DNA of 63,473 nucleotides, the filler included, from Chiloscyllium plagiosum (lineage: Eukaryota): NCBI RefSeq assembly GCF_004010195.1. It is 3 parts of one record of this genome, joined end to end, with 100 filler letters (N's around TTAATTAATTAA, not from the genome) between each part and the next. Parts side by side here need not be neighbours in the genome. Positions count along the whole stretch, not along the records: positions 1 to 27,685 come from NC_057712.1; 2 more parts are not named here. One strand, written 5' to 3'. Under the pieces are notes generated by a model. That model saw only the letters and a list, made by a program, of their open reading frames with translations, did not search any database and was not told where the DNA came from. Position numbers and translations under genes: made by a program. Positions within the stretch are counted from its first letter, which is position 1. Every line of letters starts with the position of its first letter. Of this stretch, positions 1 to 11,861 are shown one piece after another.

Positions 1-400
1 GAAGTGAGACTCACTGGTCTGTAATTACCAGGGTTGTCTCTACTACCCTTTTTGAACAAGGGAACCACATTTGCTATCCTCCAGTCCTCAGGCACTATTC
101 CTGTAGACAATGATGATTTGAAGATTAATGCCAAAGTCTCGGCAATCTCTTCCCTTGCTTCACAGAGGATCCTAGGATAGATCCCATCTGGCCCAGGGGA
201 CTTATCTATTTTCACACTCTGCAGTATTTCTAATACCTCTTCCTTGTGAACCTCAATCTCTTCTAGTATGGGTGCAAGTATCTCTGTATCTTCCTTGCCA
301 ACATTTTCATTTTCTATAGTGAACACTGTCGAAAAATATTTATTTAGTGCTTCCCCTATCTTCTCTGACTCCACACACAACTTCCCACTATTATCCTTGA
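1..400 (-). mobile_element. CR1/HER1-type LINE ORF2 fragment (EN-RT linker and RT N-terminus), runs off window start
   Basis: Reverse complement of the first ~60 nt reads PLFKKGSRDNPGNYRPVSLTS, the typical CR1 ORF2 motif. Similar to 40260-40660 and 49370-49770. Confidence 0.9.
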
Positions 401-437
401 TTCTGGCTCTTGTACATCCTTGATTTTCCCTACCACA

Positions 438-574
438 GGAGTAAGTGAGGATTGCAGATGCTGGAGATCAGAGCTGAAAATGTGTTGCTGGAAAAGCGCA
501 GCAGGTCAGGCAGCATCTCCTGCTCCTTGGATGCTGCCTGGCCTGCTGCGCTTTTCTAACAACACATTTACAGC
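438..574. mobile_element. Miniature fold-back Penelope-like (family A) terminal element
   Basis: Arms aatgtgttgctggaaaagcgcagcaggtcaggcagcatc / gatgctgcctggcctgctgcgcttttctaacaacacatt. TSD ttttccctacca at 424-435 and 575-586. Same terminus as the PLE RT/GIY-YIG copies elsewhere in the window. Confidence 0.85.
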
Positions 575-884
575 TTTTCCCTACCATACCACAGTTCAGT
601 GCTTTGGACTCAAACAATTCTTTTGGTTAATCTGTTCTGACTGTATAAAGGGATATTTCTTGGCACTGATATAAATCCTGAACCTTTGCCCTACCAATTT
701 GATTCTCCTTCCTCTGCCAAGTCATGTTGTGTTTTGTGACTTAAACACTGTCTAATTCATATTCATATCTTCTCCAGTTAGTTACCATAACTTTGACATG
801 GAGGTATGGCACCCTGTCCTTTACATAGGGATGTGGGAATCCCTAACTGCCTTAGTTGGCCCTTTCAGAGAACAGCTAAGGTAT

Positions 885-1433
885 CTGGGGGCACCTGTGA
901 ACCAGACAAGGCTAAGGATGGCAGAATTCCTTCCCTAAAGTAGATTTATGTACCAGATGGATGTTTAGAACAATTGACAATGGTTGAATGATTAAGAGCA
1001 GACTAGCTTTTAATTCAGGATTTTTTTAGATTAGATTAGATTACTTACAATGTGGAAACAGGCCCTTTGGCCCAACAAGTCCACACCGACCCTCCAAAGA
1101 GCAACCCACCCCGACATTTACCCCTGTACCTAACACTATGGGCAATTTAGCATGGCCAATTCACCTAACCTGCACATTTTTGGACTGTGGGAGGAAACCG
1201 GAGCAAACTCACGCAGACACAGGGAGAATGTGCAAACTCCACACAGACAGTTGCCTGAGGCGGGAATTGAACCAGGTCTTTGGCGTTGTGAGGCAGCAGT
1301 GCTAACCACTGTGCCACCATGCCACCCAAATTTCATCATCTGCTATGTTGGGATGTGAGCTCATGTCAATACAATATTAGCCTAGTATTCTGGATTACTG
1401 GTCCAGAGCCATTGCCACTATATCACTGCCTCA
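885..1433 (-). mobile_element. Old tRNA-derived SINE (second family), split by an HE1 insertion
   Basis: 885-1020 and 1328-1433 are reverse-complement similar to the + copies at 1711-2035 and 53815-54150. Confidence 0.6.
1026..1327 (-). mobile_element. HE1-type V-SINE
   Basis: Minus strand begins gggtggcatggtggcacagtggttagcactgctgcctcac, with Pol III A box and B box (ggttcaattcc). CR1/HER1-like 3' end and (tctaa)n tail. Confidence 0.9.
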
Positions 1434-1710
1434 CCTTATGCATCAATCCAAACTCCAACTTTCTGCTGCTGGTCTCCTAGTGCTGTTTCTTACGTTCTTC
1501 TCCAATGTTCAAAAGACCACTGGATGCTGCTGCCATGAAACTCCTAGAGGACTCCAGCCCATGGCAGCATTCTAATTGTAAAGGATTGGGGACATGGGAT
1601 GGAGCTGAGATGCACACGAAAGGCAGACAATTTTATTGACTTTCATCCTCAAGAAGTGGAGAAGAAAACGCTGAAGGAGGCAGGCAAGTGTCTGGGGTTC
1701 GGAGAGCTTG

Positions 1711-2035
1711 GAGTAAATGGTGCCATCATGATAATGCTGTTAGAATAATAATCCCAAGACCCAGACTATTGCTTTGGAGACATGGGTTTCAACTCCACCA
1801 CAGCAACTGCTCCAATTTAAGTTCAATTAATAAATATAGGAATTAGTCTAGACTCACTCATGGTAAAAATCCATTAGTGATTCACTGGTGCCTTTTCTTG
1901 AAGGAATCTGCTGCCCTACTTGTGACTCTGGATTCATGACAATGCGTTTGACTCTTATATATTCTCTGAAATGGCTTAGTAAGCTGCTCTGTTCAAGGGC
2001 AATTAGAGATACTAGTGAGAGTTAACACCTTTGGA
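1711..2035 (+). mobile_element. Old tRNA-derived SINE (second family)
   Basis: Degenerate B box (gggtttcaactcc) and body shared with 53815-54150. The 3' end tcaagggcaattag matches the 3' UTR of the LINE at 15195-16280 and 25131-25955. Confidence 0.6.
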
Positions 2036-2139
2036 AAAAACCTGCATGTGACGTAATGGGCTGAAGGTCTTTCCTTACCCAAATGAACCTCACTGTTAAT
2101 AAATGAGGGGCTATTTATATGTAGTTGCAGTGCAAGGGG

Positions 2140-2632
2140 GAGCGGGTTCTGGATCAGCATGAGAGGAAATGAGCCCTGGAGCAGAGCGAGGGAAAATGAG
2201 TCCTGGAGCAGAGCGAGGGAAAATGAGTCCTGGAGCAGAACGAGGAGAAATGACTCCCAGATCAGACTTACCTTGGTGCAGCTGAGTGCCACTGTGGAGA
2301 GGACTGGAGGCTTGAATCAGCACGGACAGTTCTTGGACTGGGGTCTGGTGCGGGTGGTCAGGCCATGTGCTGAGCTGCTTCTATTTGAAATTCATTACCA
2401 GATTATCAGTCCTTTAACTATGTTAGAATTATCTTATTTCTAACTTACTTTTTTAGACGCTGTAAGGAATGCTACTACTTTTCCTTTCATTCCTCTCTTG
2501 TATCCATGCACCTAAAATGGTGCCATTAGAAGGCAGCCATTGTAAAAACATTTCTCTGTACTCCTATACTTCCATACTCCTGTACTTCTCAACTTGAGTA
2601 CATGTGACAATAAAGGCTATTCTATTCTATTC
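2140..2632 (+). mobile_element. Non-autonomous retroposon with internal minisatellite and gtgacaataaa-(ctatt)n 3' end
   Basis: Ends ...ttgagtacatgtgacaataaaggctattctattctattc. Similar 3' ends occur at about 33240 (+) and 55770 (-). Confidence 0.55.
2161..2258 (+). repeat. 27-bp minisatellite, about 3.6 copies
   Basis: aaatgag(t/c)cctggagcagagcgaggga starts at 2167, 2194, 2221 and 2248. Confidence 0.95.
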
Positions 2633-3797
2633 CATTACACCAACTCTCTGGATAAAGACATTTCTCCTGAATTCTCTATTGGGTTTGTTGGTGACTACCT
2701 TACATTTTCTTATACATTAGTAGCCCTGACTTTTATTTTTATCTACCACAAGTGCAAACTTATTCTTTGCATCTATCCCATCAAATTAGTTCATAACCTT
2801 CATGATATCTATGAATCCGTCACTTAGCCTTTCCATTTCTAGGTAATAATAACCCCAGCCTATTCAACCTTCTTTTTTAACCTCTCAGGTAAACTGCAGT
2901 TCACAAGATGGCTTGCCTAACCACTTCGGTAATTACCTAAAATAATTACATGATCAATAGTTTGCTTTAGTAGCTGGTGCCAATAAATATGACGACAAAA
3001 TTACCACATTGAAAAGGACTTCAGCAAACAAACTCTAATCATAAGTAATCTATAATCAGAGCAGCAAAGAGATAGGAATTCAGACAATATTTACAAAACA
3101 GAAATATGTGATTAAAGGAGAAAAACAGCAAGATTTCATGCTAAGCTTCTATCATGACAGCTCAGCGATTAATTGGAGCAAGTTGCGGCTTTGTAAGAAA
3201 TGTATTCTTTGATTAACTGTCATGCACACTGGCAAGCAGATTCAGAGAGTAAAATGGAAGCAGAATCCCTTTGCATATTTTCCAACACAGTCACCAACTG
3301 AACATCTCAGACATCCAGAGTTAAACTGTGACTAATTTGGATGTTTATGTTGAGATAATGCAGTCTGCTGTGATATCACAAGCCAGCATCTGGATGGAGC
3401 AATCTAAGTGCGAATTGAATATGAATGTTGCCTGTGGTAATTTTGTGTCTGTATATTGCAGTTGGGATTTATTACTCAACTTGATGATTGGGGTTTTAGT
3501 GAGATGGTGTGGTGAAGTTGTTTAGAGATTTTCAGATGCTTGTAGGAACCAATTTAGGAAAGGTGGGTGGGGATGGATGCACGTGAGGTCAGAAAAACTA
3601 TGAGACCAGATGTGAGCCAAACAAGTTTAAGATGTTGAGAGTTTTAAATGTCCATACCTAAAGGAACTCAGGAGAAATATTCTCCATCCAGAGAATAGTC
3701 AGACTGCAGAGCATGTCAGCACAGGGAATAATTGCTGCAAACAGCAAGACTGTATTTAAGGGAGGCTAGATAAAGGCATGAGAGAGAATGGAATTGA

Positions 3798-4843
3798 AGA
3801 GTCATGGAGTCCTAAAGTCATACAACACGGAAATAGACCGTTCAGCCCAAGTCGTCCGTGCAAACTAGGTATCCTCAACTGAACTAGCCCCATTTGCCCA
3901 TACCCCTCTAAACCTTTACTACCCATTTACCTGTCCAAGTGTCTTTTAATGTTGTAATTGTATTCACCACTACCACTTTCTCTGGCAGTACATTCCATGT
4001 ATGCACCACCCGGTGTGTGAAAACATTGCTCCTCAGGTCCCTTTTAATTTTTTCCCCTTTTTACCTTAAATCTATGCCATCCCATTTTGGACTCCCTTGG
4101 CCTGGGGAAAACACATTGGCTATTCACCTTATCTATGACCCTCATGATTTTATAAATCTCTATTTATTACCCCTCAGCCTCCTATGCTCCACAGAAAAAA
4201 ACCTCAGCTTAACCAGCCAATCCTTATAATTCAAACTCTCCAGTCTCAGTAACACCATTGTAAATATTTTTTGTACTTTTTCCAGTTTAATAACATTCTT
4301 TCTTTAGCAGGACAACAGAATTGTATGCAGCACTCCAAAAGTGGCTTAATCACTGTCTTGTACAGCTGTAACATGACATCCCAACTCCTGTACTGAATAC
4401 TCTCACTGTGAGGATAAGCTTGCCAAATGCCTTCTGTCTGCTTGTGAAGTTATTTTCAAGGAATTATGTACCTGTACCCTTCGGTCTCTCTGTTTGACAA
4501 CACTCACCAGGGCCCTACCATTAACTGTGTAAGTCCTGCCCTGGTTTACCCCCTTACCTTGCATTTATCTAAATTGAACTCCATCTGCTATTGCTCAGCC
4601 CACTGGCCCAGTTGATCAATATTTTGTTGTATTCTCAGGTAACCTTTCTTCGCTGCCCACTACCACCAATATTGGTGTCATCCACAAACTTCTAACCATG
4701 TCTCCTGTATTCTCATCCAATTTGTGATATAAATGACAAACAACAGTGGACCCAGCACCAATCCTTGATGCACACTGCTGGTCCCAGGCTGAACAACAAC
4801 CCTCTACGACCACTCTCTGTCTCCTACTGTCAAGTCAATTTTG
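3798..4843 (-). mobile_element. CR1/HER1 LINE 3' portion (RT C-half and 3' UTR), decayed
   Basis: (gactct/catg)-type tail at the left end. Minus strand holds frameshifted RT motifs (VVVEGC, LGPLLFVIY, DDT). Inserted in an older CR1 3' remnant (about 3640-3797 and 4850-4925). Confidence 0.88.
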
Positions 4844-6653
4844 CAGTAAAAGAGTGAGCATATGGAGCATAGATACTGGATTTAGAGGCTGAATGACCCG
4901 TTTCTGTGTTATAAATACATTGTAACTTCAAGGCAGCTGGAAATTGGGAACTCTCAATTGTGACATGGGATGAAAATTGCTTGAAAGGTTAAAAGAACAC
5001 AAAATGATGGAAAAACCCTTTTTGTTGGGAAGTAGAAAGTGGTGTTTCCTAAGGATCTGAAGTGGATCCTCAGTTTCTCATAATATATATGAATAATTAA
5101 AATAAGGAAAGATGCTGTTTGTCAATTCTGAAAATGGCAACAGGTTAAGAGGCACAGCGTACTCTGTAGGAACAGTATGAGCAATAACTTTGGAAGGGGA
5201 AGGACATGACTTTAAATCTGAAAAAACACATTGAGAATAATTTCTCATAAGGAGGTACAGGAAAGAGCAGAGAGATTTGAGTGCCCAATTCCCCATGTCA
5301 CTAAAAGCTGATGCTCAGTAATCTGAAAGACTAATGGATTAAGAGATGAGAGAGAGATAACTCCAAAAAAAAAAGGGAGAAACAAACTGAGCGACAGTTT
5401 GAAATCACAGAGAGTGACGAATTGCTCAGTTGGAAGAATTGATCTTCACAGGCAGCTGGTGAACTTTCAGAATGTTAAGGAAGAGGCAAGAGAGCTGGGA
5501 TAAAGTGAGCTGTTCAAAGGATGTGGAGGAGGATGTGATAAAGTGATAAAGGAAGGCCATGATTTGGAAGGTGATAGAGAAGGTACCCATGTGGAGAGTG
5601 CAGTTAGGTACAAAGGGAGCTAATTTCAGAAGATGTACAGTCCCTGTCGATACAACATATCCCTCCTCTGGACCTCCAACAGGATCTCCAGTGCTCTGTC
5701 CGAGAATCTGGGGCACCCTTTCTCTACCAAGAACTGTCCCTAGAGTAAGGAGTATCGAGCTGACCTCCTCTAGTTTCAGACTAAGGTGAGGGGCTACTCA
5801 CTGGAACCACAGATGCCTGACGACTCAAAGAACTTTGTTCACTGGACAGCCACAGGGTGTGGGGAGGAGGTCTACTACACTTCTGGACAGCTCTGCCCTG
5901 AACCATGGGAACAAAGGCACTCCAGATCACCAATGAAAGCGATGACGTGAAGCTCATACTTACTCATCCAGAAAACCTGCAGCTCATCAACACTTAAATG
6001 CTGAATCTGCAGTTGCCTGTCTAATATCTCTGGGCAAGTTCAAATGATGGCAATTAGCATCAATGTTGTGTGCTAACTCCAGATTTTCAAGCAGCCATGT
6101 CTTATTAGAGTTTAGTGCCTGTTTTCATCTTTTAATCAAAATAACACACTGCATTAGCCATCAGTCAAGATTAGTTAAACCCAATTCATCAGCATAATTA
6201 TTGACAATAATCTCATGAAAGACAAGCTTAAGATAAATATACTGCATGCACATATGCCCAACAAACAACAGATTCAACAAGTTTTTTTCAAAATCCTAAC
6301 CTTTCAAAGGGTGTAGGCATCACTGACTAACCCAGTAGATGTGTTATATTTGGAATTCTTGAAGGCATTCAACAAGTTACCCCTCAAAACATAAGATAAG
6401 AGCCCCTGGTTTGTGAGGTAGTAAATTGGCATGGTTAGAGAATGGGCCACTGGACAGGAAATAGTGAGGAGGGATAAAGCATTCTTTTTCTGTTTGTCAA
6501 CCCATGACTGGTGGGTTCCACAAGGATCAGTGTTGGGACCACAAGTGTTTATAATATATATTCATGACTTATTAATACATAGCCAAATTTGCAAATGACA
6601 CAAAGATAATTGGAAAGGCAGTTTATGTGAGAAATACAAATAGTTTCCAGAGT

Positions 6654-6941
6654 GATTTAGAGATGCCAGCGTTGGACTGGGGTGTACAAAGTTAAAAATC
6701 ACACTACACCAAGTTATAGTCCAACAGATTTAATTGGAAGCACTAGCTTTCAGAGCGCTGATCCTTCATCAGGTGGTTAAGGAGCAATGCTCCGAAAGAT
6801 AGTGCTTCCAATTGAACCTGTTGGACTATAAAGTTTGTGAGAAGATTTGTAGCTCGGATGCTCATTGTTGTGGTTCTGTTCGCCAAGCTGGGAATTTGTG
6901 TTGCAGACGTTTCGTCCTCTGTCTGTTGTGTGATTTTTAAC
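6654..6941. mobile_element. Fold-back PLE family B element with nested family C fragment (6831-6924)
   Basis: Inverted arms gttaaaaatcacac...gtgtgatttttaac. TSD agttt(c/a)cagagt at 6642-6653 and 6942-6953. 6831-6924 matches the 30320-30886 family. Confidence 0.85.
6744..6772 (-). ncRNA. Minimal type I hammerhead ribozyme motif (family B)
   Basis: Minus strand CTGATGA-A-GGATC-AGC-GCTCT-GAAA-GCTA. Stem II partly decayed. Confidence 0.65.
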
Positions 6942-7372
6942 AGTTTACAGAGTATTATTGATAGGTTAAGTAAGTCGTCAAAAAGTTGGCAAAGGGAATA
7001 TGAGATTTTGGTAGGGAGAACAAAAGAACAGTGCATTATTTAAATTGAGAGAAACCACAGAAAGTTGCAACACAAAGGGACTTCAGGATACTTGTACATG
7101 AAACACAGAAAGCTAGCACACAGGGGCAGCAGGTAATCAGGAAGACTAATGGAATGTTCACCCTGATTTCCAGGAGGTTAGAGTACAAGAGTAGGGAAGT
7201 CTGACTGCGACTGTATGAGGTGCTGGTGAGACCAAGTCTGGAATACCTCCAGTACTTAGGTTCCTTATTTAAAGAACGATAGCATTTCATTGGAGGCAGT
7301 TCAAAGCAGGTTTGCTAAGATGATCCATGGTGTGGAGGATCATCTTACGAACAAGAACTGAACAGGTTGGGA

Positions 7373-7501
7373 GAAAGTGAGGACTGCAGATGCTGGAGTT
7401 CAGAGTCGTTCCTGATGAAGGGCTTATGCCTGAAACGTCGATTCTTCTACTCCTCGAATGCTGCCGGACCTACTGTGCTTTTCCAGCACCACACCTTCAA
7501 C
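7373..7501. mobile_element. Miniature PLE family A insertion with hammerhead motif
   Basis: 36-nt tail in one orientation followed by a tail-less pLTR end in the other. TSD act(g/a)aaca(g/a)gttggga at 7357-7372 and 7502-7517. Confidence 0.85.
7412..7439 (+). ncRNA. Minimal type I hammerhead ribozyme motif (family A)
   Basis: CTGATGA-A-GGGC-TTAT-GCCT-GAAAC-GTC. Core boxes intact, palindromic ACGT stem III, GUC cleavage triplet. Confidence 0.8.
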
Positions 7502-8129
7502 ACTAAACAAGTTGGGACCCTACTCACTGGAGTTTAGAAGAATGAGAGGTGATCTCATTGAAACATAAAGGATTCTTAAGGATATTGACAGGGTAAATAC
7601 TGGACAGTCTAAGATCAGAGGGCATTGTCTCAGAATAAATTGGACTTCAATTTAAGACTGAGATGAATAGGAATTTCTTTTCTCTGAGGGTTGTGAGCCT
7701 TTGGAACTCCTTGCCACAGAGGGCTGTGGGGCATATCATTCTTGTGTAAATTAAGACTACAGTAGACAGATTCTAGATCAGTAGGAGAATCAGGTTACAG
7801 GGAAGAGGCAGGAAAATGGACTTGACAGATGCCAGATCAGCCACAATCCTATTGTATGGTGGAACAAGCTCAAGGGACCAAACAGCGTATTCCGTCTCTA
7901 TTTCATATGGGCCTATAATGGTTATTTATTGTCTGTCACCAGTTGCCCTTGAGAAGATGGTAGTGAGCTGCCTTCTCGTATTGCTGCAGTTCATAAGCTG
8001 GAGGTAGATCATTAGTTCCAGGATGTTGACCCAGCAAGCTATCAGTTGTGACAAAATCTGCTGTTAAACTGGGTGGAGTTGTTTTCATGTAGCTCCGTTC
8101 TTATCCTCATAATCCAGACAGTTCCCATT

Positions 8130-9180
8130 GAATCAGAATCTCAAAATCAATATAGTGCAGAAGAAGACCATCAAGTCTGCACTGACTCTCTGAGCATTTT
8201 CACTTTGTGCCAATATCCAGCCTTTTTCCCATACCACTCTGAGGTGATAAATTCACAGATTCACGACACTATGAGAGAAGTAATTTTTCTTTATCTCTCT
8301 GTTTTAAATCTGCTACCTCTTATCCTAGATTGTCCATAAGTGAAAATATTTTCTCCACATCTCCTTTGTCAATCCCTTTAGCATCCCATATACCTCAATC
8401 TGATCTGCCTGATTCCTCTAAACTCCGATGAATATAGGCCTAAACTGCTCAATTTCTCTTCATAAACCAAACCCTTCATTTCTGGAATCGATCGAATGAC
8501 CCCCTACTAAATTGCCTCCAATGCAATGATATCACTTCTCACGTAAGGACTAAATGCAATACTCCAGTGCAGTCTCACTAATGCCTTTTACAGTTGCAGC
8601 AACACTTCCCTACTTTTATATTCTATTCCTTTAGCAATAAATGACAACATTCCATTTATCTTCCTTATAATCTGCACTATCTATATACTAGTTTTCTGCA
8701 ATTCATGCACAAGAACAGCCAAATCCCTCTGCACCAAAGCACTCTGAAGTTTATCTCTATTAAAATAATAAGTTGTCTTTCTACTCCTCTGAGCAAAATG
8801 GATAAACTCTCACTTATCCACATTAAACTTCATCTTCCAAATTTTAGCCCATTCACCAAACCTATCCATATCCATTTGTAAATATCTTATTTCTACATTG
8901 CAACTTAACCTCTCTGCTTCTGTATTCTATTCCACTATTTAGAAGCCTAGAACACTATGCCGTCTTTAATGACTTATGCACAAATAAACCCAGGTCTCTC
9001 TGATTCTGCATATTCTTTAGAATAATTCCCTTTATTTTATATTGTTTCTTCATGTTCTTGGTACCAAAGTGCATCACCTCATGCATTTCCTCATTGAACT
9101 TCATCTGCCACCTATCTGAGCCCTGCAACAATGCGTCATATCCTTTTGAAGTTCTACATTCTTTGTTCACAAGCTTTGAA
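8130..9180 (-). mobile_element. Decayed CR1-group LINE 3' fragments
   Basis: ORF 8955..9170 reads WQMKFNEEMHEVMHFG...QRDLGLFVHKSLK. 8540-8880 is a second similar RT C-terminal remnant. Confidence 0.75.
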
Positions 9181-9194
9181 ATTGTCCCTTGTTT

Positions 9195-10460
9195 TCTTAT
9201 TACTCCTGCTCCATTATGACTGCTGATGTCTAAACATTTATTAGATTAGATTCCCTACAGTGTGGGAACAGGCCCTTCGGCCCAACAAGTCCACACCGAC
9301 CCTCCAAAGAGTAATCCACCCAGACCCATTTCCCTCTAATGCACCTGGCACTATGGGCAATTTAGCATGGCTAATTAACCTGACCTGCACATCTTCAGAC
9401 TGTGGGAGGAAGCCCATGCAGACTCGGGGAGAATGTGCAAATTCCACGCAGACAGTTGCCCAAGGCTGGAATTGAACCTGGCACCCTGGTGCTGTGAGGC
9501 AGCAGTGCTAACCACTGAACCACCATGCCACCCTTTATTTTTGGTCCCTTCCCTTTTCTCATCTTTATGCTGACCCTCGGTGACATCATTCAAATACAAG
9601 GCATAAATTTCCAGTTATGCACTGATGACACTCAACTCAATGTCACTACTACCTCTCTTGACTTTTCAACTGTCTCGAAATGATCAAACTGCTTTTCAGC
9701 CAACCAGTACTGGATGAGCAGAAAGAGAGAATGCTAAAGCTATTTTCTTTACTGTTCAGTACAAACTCTGTGTCTTAGCTCCTGATTCCACCCATCTCCC
9801 TTTCTGAGACTGAGCCAGACCCTTCGCTACCATAGTCTTGGATATGGTCCTGAGTTTCCAACTATATATCCGTGCCAAACTAAGAACTCTTATTTTCATC
9901 TCCTTAGAGTTCCTCGGCTTCACCTCTGCCTCCGCTCATCTGATGTTGTAATACTCGTCTCTACATTTTTCACTTTTAGATTTGACTCGTCTTCCAAACT
10001 TGAGGTCATCAAAAACTCTGCTGCCAGTTTTCTAATTCCCACAAAGTCCCAGTGACCCTTCACAATTGTGCTTGCTGATCTGCACTGGCTCACAATCAAG
10101 CAACTGCACAGTTTTTCAAATTTTCATCTGCCTTTTCAATTCCATCTATGGCCTTATGCTCCCTGTCTATGAGGCTTCCTCATGCCCTATAATCCTCGCA
10201 GATAGCTGCACATCAAAAACTCTGACCTTTTGTATATTCCTAATGTTTATCTCTCTACCATTCAACTGTTCAGAACCAGAGGACTAGAACCTGCTCTATA
10301 AATCTCTCCATTTCTACTTCCGTCCTTTAATTTACACCATAAAATGTAACTCTTTAATCAAAGTTTTGGTCATCTGTCCTAATATCTCCTTACATGGTAT
10401 AGTGTCAAATTTTGTTTAGTAATGTTCCTCTGAGCAACGGGGACATTTTGCCATGTTAAA
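9195..10460 (+). mobile_element. L2-clade LINE RT and 3' UTR remnant (interrupted by HE1)
   Basis: After the SINE it reads GPFPFLIFMLTLGDIIQ...INFQLCTDDTQL (L2-type YADDTQLY), followed by VLADLHWL and an L2-like 3' end. Confidence 0.75.
9241..9533 (-). mobile_element. HE1-type V-SINE
   Basis: tRNA-like head with A and B boxes, conserved central domain and (tctaa)n tail. Near-identical layout to 1026-1327. Confidence 0.92.
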
Positions 10461-11029
10461 GACCCAATCCATATTGTGTGTGTTTTGGAGAGGAACTTGG
10501 AATTGGCAGTGTTCCCGTGGGGTCTTGTAGGCTGTAGAGGTGAAACGTTTTGAAACAATAAGTCGCATAGCACAGAATTAAGTCCACATTAATAACATGC
10601 ACACGTGACCTCTTCTTAAAATGCATTACGTCACTCAGTATAGAATGGAAACAGACCATCAAAAACAAAGTTTATCTTGCTCTGCAAGGTCATTAGCGTA
10701 GGCTGCAGTGAGTCACTACAGCCCTACACACAAAGCATAATCTCTTCCTGGGCTTTGATCTCCCGATTCCTAATAGGCAAAGGAATCTACCGCAAAATAT
10801 AGATTGGAAACCACAAACTACTATCATGGTTGTAAAATTGCTTGTACCTTTTAAACTTACCAACTTAAATAACTTTATGATGGCACAGATTCCTATTCAG
10901 ATTTTGCATATCAAAAGTAAATGGTCAGGTTCTTATTTATATATATTTGCTATAGGTTTCACTTGAATGGAGAGCTTAATGAGATAGGATTCTATACCTC
11001 ACATCCCTTAACCAATATCTTTAAAATAG

Positions 11030-11184
11030 AAGATTTGGTCATTATGCCTTTTTTTATGGGACCCTGTTGAGTTTAAATTAGCTATAATGACAGGGTATAT
11101 GACAAAAACATCTAGTTGGCTGTAAAGCACTTTAAAATACCCTGAGGCCAAGAAATGTGCTACTTAAATGCAAGTCTTTCTTTT
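11030..11184 (+). mobile_element. DeuSINE/SacSINE-like 3' remnant
   Basis: ...ttggctgtaaagcacttt...gctacttaaatgcaagtctttcttt is the typical 3' end. Related to 20575-20995. Confidence 0.55.
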
Positions 11185-11861
11185 AGCAAGTTGTCAAAGT
11201 GCAATGCAACATTGCAGGACAGTCGCAAAAAAGTGAAAATTTAAACACTACAACAAGTCATGCTGCACACACAAGGATTTTTCCCTCCTGGAAAAGTAGT
11301 CTACATTTGTGTGGTGGTTTGAAGTTTGGTGTGTGTGCATTTGTTCTACTGAGTGCAAAATATTTAAAAAATCAGCAACATGCTTCCATTTTCAATAGTA
11401 TTCAAGTTTGGGTTTCGAGCTGACCTCAGGCTGGGTAAACCCTGGATTCAGTTGCCCATTTACTGTGGAGGTCCTGTCCTGGATTCAAATTTCTTGGTTA
11501 TTGTGCTTGCTCATTCAAAGTGGTTGGACATGCACAGAATTCATTCGGCAAACTCAGAGATGACATTTGAAAAGCTGTGAGCATTGTTTGTGATGCATGG
11601 ATTCCCGGATGTATTGCTCACAGATAAGAGATATCATTTACCAGCAGGGATTTTGAGTATTTTCCAGAGTTGAATGGCATTCAGCATGTTCGGACAGATC
11701 TATATCATCCATCGTCCAATTGTCTGGCAGAAAGAGCAGTCCAAACATTAAAGGCAGGCTTAAAGAAGCAGCCTACAGCTTCACTCAATACCAAACTGTC
11801 CCAGTTGGTGGACCATTTGTAGCTTCTGTTCCCAGGATGACCAATTCCCCCTTAGAAAATC

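Larger units (their letters stand above)
6300..7910 (+). mobile_element. Old CR1-group LINE RT and 3' UTR remnant hosting PLE miniatures
   Basis: ggttccacaaggatcagtgttgggacc (VPQGSVLGP), AKFANDTK and LVRPSLEY motifs with frameshifts. Confidence 0.8.

Noticed and set aside
420..674. Recurring peptide MCCWKSAAGQAAS in several ORFs
   Set aside because: It is a translation of the non-coding PLE family A terminus, not a protein family.
2161..2258. Regularly spaced repeats resembling CRISPR arrays (also 32661-32900 and 25021-25116)
   Set aside because: The units are contiguous with no unique spacers, there are no cas genes and the context is eukaryotic.
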